Made by a program: the position numbers and the translations under genes. Below, one piece after another: positions 39,491 through 50,789 of a DNA stretch of 64,000 nt; the stretch's first letter is position 1, and each line of letters opens with the position of its first letter. The notes beneath the pieces were generated by a model. It was given only the letters and a program-made list of their open reading frames with translations, ran no database searches and had not been told where the DNA came from. Source of the stretch: Chiloscyllium plagiosum (lineage: Eukaryota); assembly GCF_004010195.1 (NCBI RefSeq), contig NC_057719.1:93625510-93689509 (forward strand), in the 5' to 3' direction.

Positions 39491-41719
39491 TCTAAACCCA
39501 ATTTGGTGTTACCGATTTAGAATCAGACAAGAGTCCCCAGTTTGCTATAGACCAACTAGACTGCCTCAAACTCTTTTAATAAGGTAGCTTGGACGCGAAC
39601 CTTTTCTTATTTTAAAAGTAGATGCGAAGTGGGTTTTCCAGTTTTGATGCTAATAGTCAAACCACTCACCATTAATTGAAACACAATATATTGAAACACT
39701 CAAATGAAAATCCGTACAAAATGAAGAGGATTTTAGAATAACTTAACTATTGGAAACCTTAACTGAATAATGGATACAGTACCTTCTACAAATGAACTGT
39801 TCCAATATACTAACAACACCTCAATACACTCCATGGTCAAAAAAAGAGGATTCAGACATACAGTTCTCCAATCCCGGATGAAACAGCATCAAGTGAAGCT
39901 TCAGAGAGAATAGCAGCTAGGGATATTTCACTAAAACTTCCAACCCTTCTGGGACACAAGCATCTGGTGACTTACAGCTATAAGGAAAAAGTAGAAAGCT
40001 TTGTCTATGCGAGCTGGTCATTGTTACTACTATTTACTAAAAACCCTAAAAGTCTCGTAAGTTATTTACTTGAGCCGTTTTCAGTAGGCAGTTTGGCCTT
40101 TAAGATCTCCTGTTAAAAAAAGAGAAAATAACCTTTTTTTTAAAAAAGTGACAGCATTGTCACACAATTCAGATGCCTGGTCCTTTACTCAATGGGCTTC
40201 CTCGTATTATTGATCGCAAGGTCACCTGAGTGGGGCAAACACTGGTACAGTCCAAGTTACAAGGATGTGTCTCATAACTTCTGAAACACACCTGTCCATG
40301 GGCCATCAAATGGGACATACCGGAAAGTGAAAAACAGCCTGACACACACCATTTCACTGATTCTGAGGTGCACAATGCCAGCACTCGATACACTAGGGAG
40401 CCAAAACCCAAGGCCAGGGAAAGATACAGAGGGACAGAGAGATTAACATTAAAGATAGAAACAGACAGTTAATTAACTGGGAGGAGGTTGTGAAAATATG
40501 GGGAAAAAAGACAGAGCAGTGGGACAAACTGGAGAAGTGAGATTTTCGAGAATAAATTTACAGGAATGAGAACATTGAAGAAAGGCATTGTCAGATCAGC
40601 TGAAATGGTTTGTAATATTAAATTCTGAATCTGCTTGACAGAACACCACAAACAACATAAACTGGGACAAGATGACAGCCCAGCATGGAGAGCTGTGCAG
40701 ACCATGCTAGTGTGTTGCTCAGTAAACTGCACTATCTGACCAGCATAGAGAGCATTGCAAACTTTACGATCATATGCTAACTATACTCGCATCAGATTAC
40801 TGTCTCCAATGGGAAGGTTTGCTCTCTCTGCGTGTGTGTGTGTGTGTGTTCATCGGAGTCTGAGAGAGAGAGTGCGTGTGTGTGCGCGATTGGCGTGGTT
40901 GAATGCGAAACTCATTGCTTGAGAAGGAACACACATGGAGGAAACTATTGTAAATACGAACAACCGGCAGGCTTTTGGATAATCGACAGAGAGAGAATGA
41001 GAGAAGTTTCATGGACAGATGAGATAAAGTGCTTGAGAGTGTCAAAATAAAGGCATTGCCATACACAATGGCAATATATGTCCGCATGCACATGAATGAT
41101 AGATGGCTGGGAGTTTGGTGTGAGTTCTAATCAGATTTGCTTCAACAAGTTTGAAGCCGGGAGCGTCAGCAGCAGATTATTAACTTCATTAAGACTGTAT
41201 TTTATAACTCAAGGTTCAAAGAGGAGATGGACTGAGCCAGTGAGATGCATTGTGGAGTGGTGAGTATTTCAAGTTAGAAATGGTCAGGGCATGGTGTCAG
41301 GAAGCAGCTCATGGTCAAAGGGATCACCCACAGTTATGACTCGTCTGCTTCAGCCACAGATATTGGCCAGGGATGGGATGGAAACAGTGGAAGGAAGTGG
41401 AGTTTGTTACCAGAACAGTAGACAGTGACCTCCATGCTCTTAATATTTAAATAACAAAGGCAAAGATGCAATACATTGTGGTTCTCCGCTGAAACTGAGT
41501 AGGTCAACATAGAGACCCGTGAGTAACACTGTCAGAGCAGAGAGGGAGGCAGTAATTGAACACCTTCATTGATGTAGTTAGTGGTGGTCTGTAGAGTAAA
41601 TATCTGGATTCAGAGTTTCAACAGGAACAATAATATTGGCCAGAAGTGTAGAATGTATGAAAGGACAGTAACACAGTCATAACTAGTTTATAGAAAAAAT
41701 TCTGGACAGTGACACTTAC

Positions 41720-41897
41720 CAGGAAGACCAACGATAGCCAGGAATGGATAATAAAAATATTGAATAATGCGAAGAGCGTAATAGATCTGCAATGATAATG
41801 ACAACCAATAAAGTGCAGAAAGATACCAAACATAATCGGATAAACTCCTGTCTATTGTTGGAATATTCCAGTCTAAACTTCTCAGATTCTGATCCAT
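41720..41897 (-). CDS. Exon 1 of GPR139-like GPCR (N-terminus and first half of TM1)
   Basis: ATG at 41897; MDQNLRSLDWNIPTIDRSLSDYVWYLSALYWLSLSLQIYYALRIIQYFYYPFLAIVGLP then G|GTAAGT donor. 178 nt = 59 codons + 1 (phase 1). YYPFLAIVGLP matches the GPR139-type TM1 start (YY..L...GLP). Confidence 0.88.
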
Positions 41898-42024
41898 GCT
41901 TGGAACATTCCAGTCTAATGTTCTAAGATTCTGATCTCTCCTCCCCCTCTCTCTGAATCTGCTGATCCCTGTCAGTGCTGTCGGTGATGGTCCTGCTCAT
42001 GTTATGGGATAACACATTGAACGG

Positions 42025-42095
42025 CGCCTATTTATCATTAAAAGATAGAAACCCTCCACGGGCTAATTCGAATCCGTGGAGACTGGCATTAATCT
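42025..42095 (-). promoter_or_regulatory. Candidate proximal promoter of the GPCR
   Basis: TATA-like GATAAATAG (42036-42028) overlapping CTTTTAATGA (42044-42035), further TAAT cores near 42064 and 42088-42094, 8-bp inverted repeat 42054-42061/42074-42081; 130-200 bp upstream of the ATG. Confidence 0.35.
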
Positions 42096-42859
42096 CAGTT
42101 ACTGAACAAATAGGATCAGTTAACCAGTTCCATATATCACTTTTCATATCACTATAAAATGGAACATTTACTGGTTTTGGATGGAATGGATGAGGGTTGC
42201 TGACAGATGGACCATAAATCTTTCAATGTTTTAATCTTTTATTCCCTTGCATACGAGAGTATTAACGGAACACTGCAGGGGTCTATATATGTTCCACTCT
42301 GTTTATGAAAGGAAGTAGTTATAAAATAACAATTCAACTACATACAAAAACGTCGGGTGGGCAAGTTTCTAGATACCTTAACCTACAGTATGATACTTAT
42401 TGATCAGTGTGAGGCTACTCCTGCTTTTAAGTGCCCTGTTTTCAAATCCTTTCATAACCTTGAGACAGAGCACTGAGACTGCTGCTCAGGAACAGGCCAA
42501 AACAATTCTGTCCCTATAGGCCTCTTACAGAAGGAGAAGGCCATTCAGTCCATATTAGCCTGTTGCCTCTTGAAAAGGTGGAACGCTGGAATATTAGCAC
42601 ATTTTGTGAACAAAGTCATTCAAAATAAAAGCATTTGTACCTGCAGCTGTATGACGTGTCACTGAGACGGCACCTGGAGTACATTGTGTTGTTTGTGTTT
42701 CTGTAACTGAGAAGGGATGGACCTCCATCAGATACAGTTTACTGGCTGCTCGTAATCCACGGGTTGCTGTGTCATTTAATGTCTCGTGGCTGTTATACAG
42801 GGACAGGAGGAACCCATTCAGCCTCTCGATGCTGTTACAGAGGAGCAGGAAGTGTTTAT

Positions 42860-45420
42860 TTAACATTTCAAGTCTGTGACGCATAAATATTTGTTTTAAA
42901 CTAGTTATGGAATAGGAAAGACCTGGTTTAAACATTAAAGTTCTAAAGTTAAATAAGGCTAATTTTGAAAGTGTTAGTCGAGCCCTGTGAAAGGCTGACT
43001 GGGATACGCTATTCACAGGGAAAGGGATGGTTGGAAAATGGTAGGCCATCAAAACTTGGTTTCAGAGAGTCCCAGAACCAATGTGCTCCTATTAGTGAGA
43101 TGGGCAAGGCTGGTGGGTGCAGGGAGTGCTGGATGGCGAGATATATTGATGCACTGGTCAAGATAAGGAAGGAACCATATGTCAGGTAAACAGAGCTGAG
43201 ATCAATTGACTCCCCAGAGGAGTTAAAGGGCAGTAAGTGTATAGTGTATGGGGAAATCGGGCCAGAAAAATGTGAACACGAGTTGGCTTTAGAAATAGAG
43301 TTAACGAGGTATTGAAGAAATTATACAAATCTTTTAATGGCAAAATATTAACTAGGGAGAGAATAGTAGAGCTTAAATATCAGTAAGGCTACCTACGTGT
43401 GGAATCACAAGAGATGGGAGGGATATGAAATAAGTATTTCTCCTAAGTATTTAATGTGGAGGAGGTTACAAGAGTGAGAGAATGAAGGAATGTATAGTGA
43501 TATCTTGAAAAGTATCTATATCACAAGGAGGTGTCGGACATTTTAAAACACATAAAGGTGAACAAATCCCTGGGACCTGATCAGTTGTACCCCACAAGTT
43601 TGTGGGAAGCTAGGAAAGAGATTGCTCTGCATTTTTCTGATATATTTGTATCACTGAATTCCACAGGTGATGTGTCAAATGACTGGGGGGCTGCTAACAT
43701 AGTGTCATTATTTAAGAAAGTAAGGAAAAACCAGGTAACTATATACTGGTGAGCCTGACGTCAATGGTGACTAAATTGTTGGAGGGGATTTTGAGGGAAG
43801 GGATGTATATGCATTTGGAAAGGCAAGGACTGAAGAAGATTTTGTACGTTGAAGATCACGTCTCATTAACTCGGTGGAATTTTTTGAGGAAGTGATGAAG
43901 ATGATTGATGAAGGTAGGACAGTGGATGTTGTCTTTATGGAATTCAGTAAGAAAACCAAAATGTTCGACATGGTAGACTGGTTAGCAAGGTTAGACTGCC
44001 TGGAATCCAGGTAGAGCTCGCCATTTATATCCAAAATTTTCTAGAATATTGGAGACAGGGCGTGAGAGGGACATTTGTTCATTGAACTTGGAGACCTTTG
44101 ACCAGTGGTGTGCCACAAAGGTCAATAGTGAGTCCACTGCCTTTTGTCACTTATACAAATCATTTGCATTTGTATATGAAGTTTGGCCAGTAAGCTTGTA
44201 GAAAATTCCAAATTTGTTGGTGTAGTCGACAGTGAAGAATGATATCTCAGAACACGGTGGAAACTTGATTAGGTGAGCCGAGGGGAGGCAGATGGAATTT
44301 AATTTAGATAAATGTGAGGTGTTGCATTTTAACAAGACAAATCAGGGCAAGACATGTAGGTAAGGTCGAAAGTTGTCAATCAAAGAGAACTCTATTGAAA
44401 TTATAGAATCCCTACAGTGAGGAAACAGCCTATTCGGCCCATCGAGGCCACACTGACCCTCTAAACAGTATCCCACTCGACAAACCCCTACCCTATCCCT
44501 CTGAGCCTGCATTCCCCATGACTAATCCACCTCGCCTACACATCCCAGGGTACTTGGGGCAATTTAGCATGGCCAATCTACCCTTACCTGTATATCTTTG
44601 TACTGTGGGAGGAAAATGTAGCACCAGGAAGAGACTCACGCAGACACTGGGAGAATGTGCAAACTCCGCATAGTCAGTCATTCAAGGATGCAATTAAACC
44701 CAGATCGCTGTGCTGTGAGGTAGCAATGCTAGCCACTGAGCTACTGTATCATCTGGTGGTGCAGGCTCTAAGTTCATTGGAAGTGCCGTCACGTAAAAAG
44801 CGTAGTGAAGAAGGCATTGGTGCATGCTTTGTTTCTAAGTGTTTGTATGACATTCTATATCTGTATAGGACATTGGTTTGGACACTTTTGTAATACTGCC
44901 TTTACTTCTGGTCATCCTGCTGTTGGAATGGTGTTGTCAAACTTGAAAGGGTGCAGAAGCGATTTAAAAGAATGTTGCAGGTGTTGGTGGGTTTGAGGCA
45001 CAGGGAGAGTTTGAATAGGCTGGGGCTATTTTCAAGCGTTGAGGCTGAGGGGTGACCTTAAAGAGGTTTATAAAATCATGAGGGACATAGATAAGGTAAA
45101 CAATAAACGCCATTACCCCAGCATAGGCGAGTCGAAAATTACAGGGGAAAGGTTTAAGGTGAGAGGAGAAAGATTTATAAAGGGAAATGAAGTGAAACAC
45201 TTTCAAAGAGAGACTGCTGTGTATATGGATTGAGCACCCAAAAGAGGTGGTGGAGGCAGGCACAGGTACATTATTTAAAAGGCATTTGAATGGCTTCGTG
45301 CACGGGAAGGTTTGAGAGGAATATGGGCCAAGTGCTGGCAAGGGGGACGAGATTAATTTAGGATATTTGGTCAGAATGGACGACTGGATCGAAGGGTCTT
45401 TTTCAGTGCTGTACATCTCT
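42860..45420 (+). mobile_element. Long degenerate CR1 LINE with HE1 SINE inserted at ~44403-44750 (-)
   Basis: IKVNKSLGPDQLYP, VEFFEEVMKMIDEG, LRGDLKEVYKIMR; SINE core ggcaatttagcatggccaat. Confidence 0.85.
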
Positions 45421-45439
45421 GAGGCTCTGTTGACTCTTG

Positions 45440-46035
45440 AGTGTATAACACAGGAACAGGAGGAGGCTATTCAGGTTCTGTATTCTGTCAGGCAGCTTGT
45501 TTGCTCAATTACTGAGAGTCAAATACAAAAATACATCATTCAGATTTTGATGATGTTTTGCAGAAACAGGAGAAAGGCTTTTATTCAAGAGTAGCTGTAA
45601 GGAACTCGAAGAGGCCATTCAGACCCTCAACTCCATGTCACAGGAGCAGCAGAGCTCAGAGCTATTGGAGCCTGTTACTCTGGAGCGGGAGGAGGACATC
45701 TATTTTCACAAACTTGGGATCGGGAGGCACCACTCAGTTGCTCCAGACTGGGACACAGGAACAGGAGGCAGTCACTCAACTGCTCGAGACACAGGAACAG
45801 GAGGCAGTCACTCAACTGCTCGAGACTGGGACACAGGAACAGGAGTGCGTCACACAACTGCTCGAAACTGGGACATAGGAAGAGTAGGGAATCATTCAAC
45901 TGCTTGCGACTGGAACTGGGAAATCTGGAAGCTTGTGAGGCCCCAGGATCCTGTTACGCAGGGACAGCAGGAGGTGACTCACTCCCCACCAGCTTTGGGC
46001 ACTGGGAGAGAAGGGGAATTTGCCTGTTACAAACA
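45440..46035. repeat. CR1-tail-derived tandem array with locally homogenised 36-42-bp units
   Basis: gacacaggaacaggaggcagtcactcaactgctcga repeated at 45752-45880. Confidence 0.8.
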
Positions 46036-46739
46036 GAAATAAATGATTAAGTTGCATTTATCCACACAATCCTGCCCCACCACTCACTAAGTCCACGGCT
46101 GATCTGATTGTGATTCCCTCATTCCATTTTACGGAGACTGTCTTCTCGGCGGCCGCTGCTCCATTTGTTGGTCATGTTGCAGACCCAGATGCTGTAACAA
46201 CAGTCACCATGACTCATCCAGAGGGTCGGGTCTAATTGGATGAGTCAAGATTTGAAGGGTCCAATCACAAAAACAAAAACACAAAATAAAGGCATTGCCA
46301 GATGATTAGTTCTCTACATTCGCAATCCAACTCACATAACGAGCCCATCCATTGTACATTCAGGATGAAGCACTGTGTAAATCCAGCTAGTGTACTGCTG
46401 AATGCAACCCAGCAACGTCCAGAGTGGAACTCTGTGCAGCCCACACCAATGCTTGATCTATAATCCTGGGCTAAATATCCAGCGTGGGGAGCACTTCGGA
46501 CCGCACTGGTTCATTCATATATAACCTCAGGCTTTTGCATTGTTCGGTAACACTGTGTTAGATCACTGCCCAGTGTGGGGAAACTTGCAGCCAATGCTGG
46601 CAGTGACAGGATATTCAGCTCCCATCCATTTACAGCTCTATATCTCCTTTGTGTCTTGACAAGGGGTGCTGTAGGTGTGAAAATCACTGGGAGGGAGAGA
46701 TGTAAATTGAAACAGTTTAAATATCAATAGTTCCGATTA

Positions 46740-49530
46740 AGGCGTGTCTCACTCCAGCATTTAAAGATGAAATAACTGAGTTAATATCCAATGAGGTGTT
46801 TTGCATGGTGCAAAGAAGTAAGGGGGGATGGTGATGTTATAGTGGTTGCACTATAAGCCTCCAAATAAGCGATGGGAATTAGAGGAACAAATATGCATGG
46901 AGACTGGGGAGACTTGCAGGAGCAATACGGTTGTCATAATAGGTGATTTTAATTATACTAACAGAGACTGGGATGTCCAGAGGGTTAAGGCCTTCGGTGG
47001 AATAAATTTGTTAAGCTTGTTCAGGAAAGTTTCCACAAACAGTATATAGAGGGTCCTACTCAGGAAGGGGAAAACTCGACATATTGTTGGGACATGGGAC
47101 ATGGGACAGGATCGGTGACGGAGATAAAGTGGGGGAGTGTTTTGGGACCTGTGACCAGAATTGTATTAATTTTAAATTAAGTTATGGGAGGAACAAAATT
47201 GGTCCACAGATTCAAGATCTAAATTGGGGCAAGTCGAATTTTGTTGGAATTAGACAGGGGCTTTCAAAGATTGATTGGAGTATTTTATTTCCAGGCAAAT
47301 GGATCTCTGGTAAGTGGGAGGCCTTTAAAAGTGAGATAGCTCGAGTTCAAGGTCTATATGTTCCTGTGAAGGGAAAATGAGGCAGCAAGAGAGAACCCTG
47401 GATGACAAGAGATAATCAGGCTCTGACCAGCAAAAAAAGGTGTGGCTCAGGTGCAGGCAGTTGGAATCAATGGAATCTCTGGAGAGACATAATGGATACA
47501 GGAGTTTACTGAAGAAGGAAATCAGGTGGGCGAAAAGGGGGTATGATATAGCCTTGGCTCAGAAAATTAAGGTGAATCCAAAGATATGCTTTCAGTATAG
47601 TAACGCTAAAGAACGACTAGAGAGAAAATAGGACGCCTTAAAATCCAAAATGGGCATTCATGTGTAAAATCACAAGAGATGGACAAGGACCTCAATTTTC
47701 CCTCTGTGTTTACCATGAAGAAAGACATGAAGATCTGTGACTTTTAGGGTTTTAGTTGTCATTTCTTGGTACAGTTTCATATCACAGTAGAGATGCTGTG
47801 GGACATATTAGAATGCATAAAGTCAGACAAATCTCTTGGTCCTGACCAGATATATCCAAGAGAACGCAAGACGATAGAGAATACAGGTCAGGGGCCAAGG
47901 TTCTGGAAGACTGGGCAGTAGCAAATGTTGTGCCCATATTCAAGAAGTGCTGCAAAGAAAATATACACCAATAAGCTTCACATCTGCTATCGGGAAACCA
48001 CTTGAGAAGGTTCATTTGGAAAGATAGAGTTTGACTTGGAGCAGTCAGCATAGCTTTGTGCATGGCAGATCATACTTTACAAATTTTGTTCGAGTTTTTT
48101 TGAGGAAATGACCAGGAAGGTTGACGAGGGCAGGGTGGTGGACATAGTCTATATGGATTTCAGTAAAGCCTTTGATAAGGTTCCACATTGTAGATCGCTC
48201 TAGAAGGTTAGATCGCATGGATTCCAAGGTAATCTGGCAAATTGGCGACACAATTGGCTTGACATTATGAATCAAATGGTATAGTGGTGGTATGCTTGTC
48301 GGACTGGAAGACTGTGACTAGTGGAGTGCCTCAGGGGTCGGTGCTGGGCCCATTGCTGTTTGTTATCTATATCAATGATTTGGACGAGAGTGCACAACAC
48401 AAGGTTAGTAAGTTTGCAGCTGACACTAAAATAGGAGGCATCATTTGCAGTGAGGATCGTTATCAGAAATTGCAGCTGGGAAAGTGGGCTGAGAAATAGC
48501 AAGTGGAACTTAATATAGATAAGTGTGACGTCTTGCATTTTGGAAAGTCAAATCCAGGTAGGATTTTAATAATGAATGAGAGTGCCTTAAGGAGTTCTGT
48601 GGAACAAAAGGACGCTGGAGATCAGGTACACGGTTATCTGAAATTTGAATCACAGATATACAGGACAGTGAACAAGGCTGTTGGCAAATTGGCCTACATC
48701 AGGGCAGTGAGTATAGAAGTTGGGACGTTATGTTGCAGTTGTACAGGATGTTGGTAAGGCTGTTTTGTTCACCTTTCTCTAGAAAGGATATTATTGAACT
48801 AGAAAGAATGTAGAAGAAATTTACAGGATATATACTGGGCGAAAGAATCTGAGTTATAGGGAGAAGTTGGACAGGTTAGAACTTATTTCTTTACAGAGTA
48901 GAAAAATGAGGGGGTTCTTATGGAAGTATAGATCTGATGAAATCATGAGAGGCGTACATAGGGGTGAAGACTTCAAATTTTTTTGCAAGGTTGGGGAATC
49001 GAAGACTAGATGACATCCGTTAATGTTTGGAGAGGAGAAAATATAAAAAGGAACCTGAGAGTCAACTTTTTTAACAGAGTGTGGAACGCATATGGACTGT
49101 GCTGCCAGTGGAAGTAGTTGAAGTGGGTATAATAACAACTTTGAAAAATCATTTGGACATATACACAGATAGGAAAGGAGAAGATGCATACAGAGCAAAG
49201 GCAGGGAAATGAGGGGGTTCTTATGGAAGTATAGATCTTATGAAATCATGAGAGGCGTACATAGGGGTGAAGACTTCAAATTTTTTGCAAGGTTGGGGAA
49301 TCGAAGACTCGATGACATCCGTTAATGTTTGGAGAGGAGAAAAAATAAAAAGGAACCTGAGAGTCAACTTTTTTACAGAGTGTGGAACGCATATGGACTG
49401 TGCTGCCAGTGGAAGTAGTTGAAGTGAGTACAATAACAACTTTGAGAAAGCATTTGGACATATCCACAGATAGGAAAGGAGAAGATGCATACAGAGCAAA
49501 GGCAGGGAAATGGCAGATTGGCAGATAAGG
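46740..49530 (+). mobile_element. Near-complete degenerate CR1 ORF2 with tandem-duplicated 3' end
   Basis: YKPPN, VVIIGDFNY (endonuclease); [29 protein letters not shown] (RT); duplication 48904-49206 / 49207-49507. Confidence 0.9.
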
Positions 49531-50789
49531 GGCAATTACACCATGGCATGTTGACGGAGCACGGTGGGTGTATTGAATGGGCTAGTAAAGAGGGGGAACA
49601 TTCCCATCCCAGAGGGGGCCACGCCACCAGACTTACCGAGCATGGTCTGATCTCACCACACAGATGCAGTACCTGTGGTCTGAAGAAATGTCCAGCAATA
49701 CAGGACAAGCATCAATAACCTTCCCCACTCTTTCAGGATAAGTGTCACTGTATTCTCTCTGCTCCCTTACACTCACTGTATTTCTGTTAAAGCACCTACG
49801 CCCGATCAAGGCTCATGCTCCACCACTCTCACTGCTGCATGCCACAGCTACTCTCTCGCTCTCTCTCTATCTCTCGCCTTTGCAATAACCCCCAATAGTT
49901 ATAGAATATTCTGGAGAATGCCAATTATGGAATGTTCCAGATAATGTTCCAAATAATTCCCAGTTTCAGGAAAATAGCAGTGCCCCAGTGCATAACACAT
50001 AAGAGGAAGGAGTAGAGATGTACGTTTTTCAAGTCACACACAATTCAAACCATGCTGAGGCCATTCAGCCCTTCAAACGTGCTCTAGCATTTAATAAGGT
50101 CCCCGCTGATCTGATGGTTTTCTCAACTCCATTTAACAGGAAGTATCAGCCATTCAAACCCCTGAGTTACTGTCACTGACCAGACAGGACTCAGGCACTT
50201 TTACACCGGTTTATTTTCAAGCGCCTGTTTGATGGCATTTGCTATGGGGACGGACACTCCTAACAGTATTCTCCATCATCTTTATACTTTCATGCAACAG
50301 TCAGCATCCTTTACACAGACCAAACAAAAAATACACTTATTTTATAGTTATAGATATCCAATCACACTTAGTTATTTCACTTGACTCACCTTAATGATAT
50401 TAAGCCAAAAGCAGCTTCGAAACACGTCATGTTATAAAATATAACTTCGAGCAGAGAACGTTTTTACCCTTAGGCATTATCTTGACCGTTATCTGAATTG
50501 TACCACTTACTTTGTTATGAATGTTTATCTTACCCTTTGTCTGTGACTGTTTCTGTCTCCAACAGTTATACAGACTCCCACTCATTTAGCTGGATGGCTG
50601 CTTTGTGATGCAGTGGGAGGTCAACAGCGCAGATTCAGTTCCTCACACTGACAGATTACAATGAAGGGGAAGCTCTCTCAATTTCACCCCATCACCGGAG
50701 GTGTGGTGAACCTCAGGATAAACCACCATGAGTGGTCTCTATAATGAGAGTTCTTTGGGACTCTATTCTATCAATGTTAGCATTTTAAT

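Larger units (their letters stand above)
35509..40164 (-). mobile_element. Internally deleted Gypsy element (two LTRs, gag remnant)
   Basis: LTRs ~35509-36106 and 39543-40164; PBS-like tggggactcttgtctg beside 39540; gag LFKYTQALSKFDEKD...FE.VAKQM at ~38590-38680. Confidence 0.72.
689..41719 (-). other. Inferred ~41-kb phase-1 GT-AG intron of the GPCR gene
   Basis: CCT G|gtaagt...cacag|TT AAC joins in frame as P-V-N and restores TM1 (GLPVNVVT). No other GPCR exon recognised in between. Confidence 0.7.

Noticed and set aside
41688..41719. C-terminal KCHCPEFFL of the 69-aa ORF
   Set aside because: Read-through past the GTAAGT donor into the intron.
45558..46042. Repetitive ORFs (TQEQEAVTQLLE)
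   Set aside because: Translation of a minisatellite; open in several frames and both strands, no splice support.
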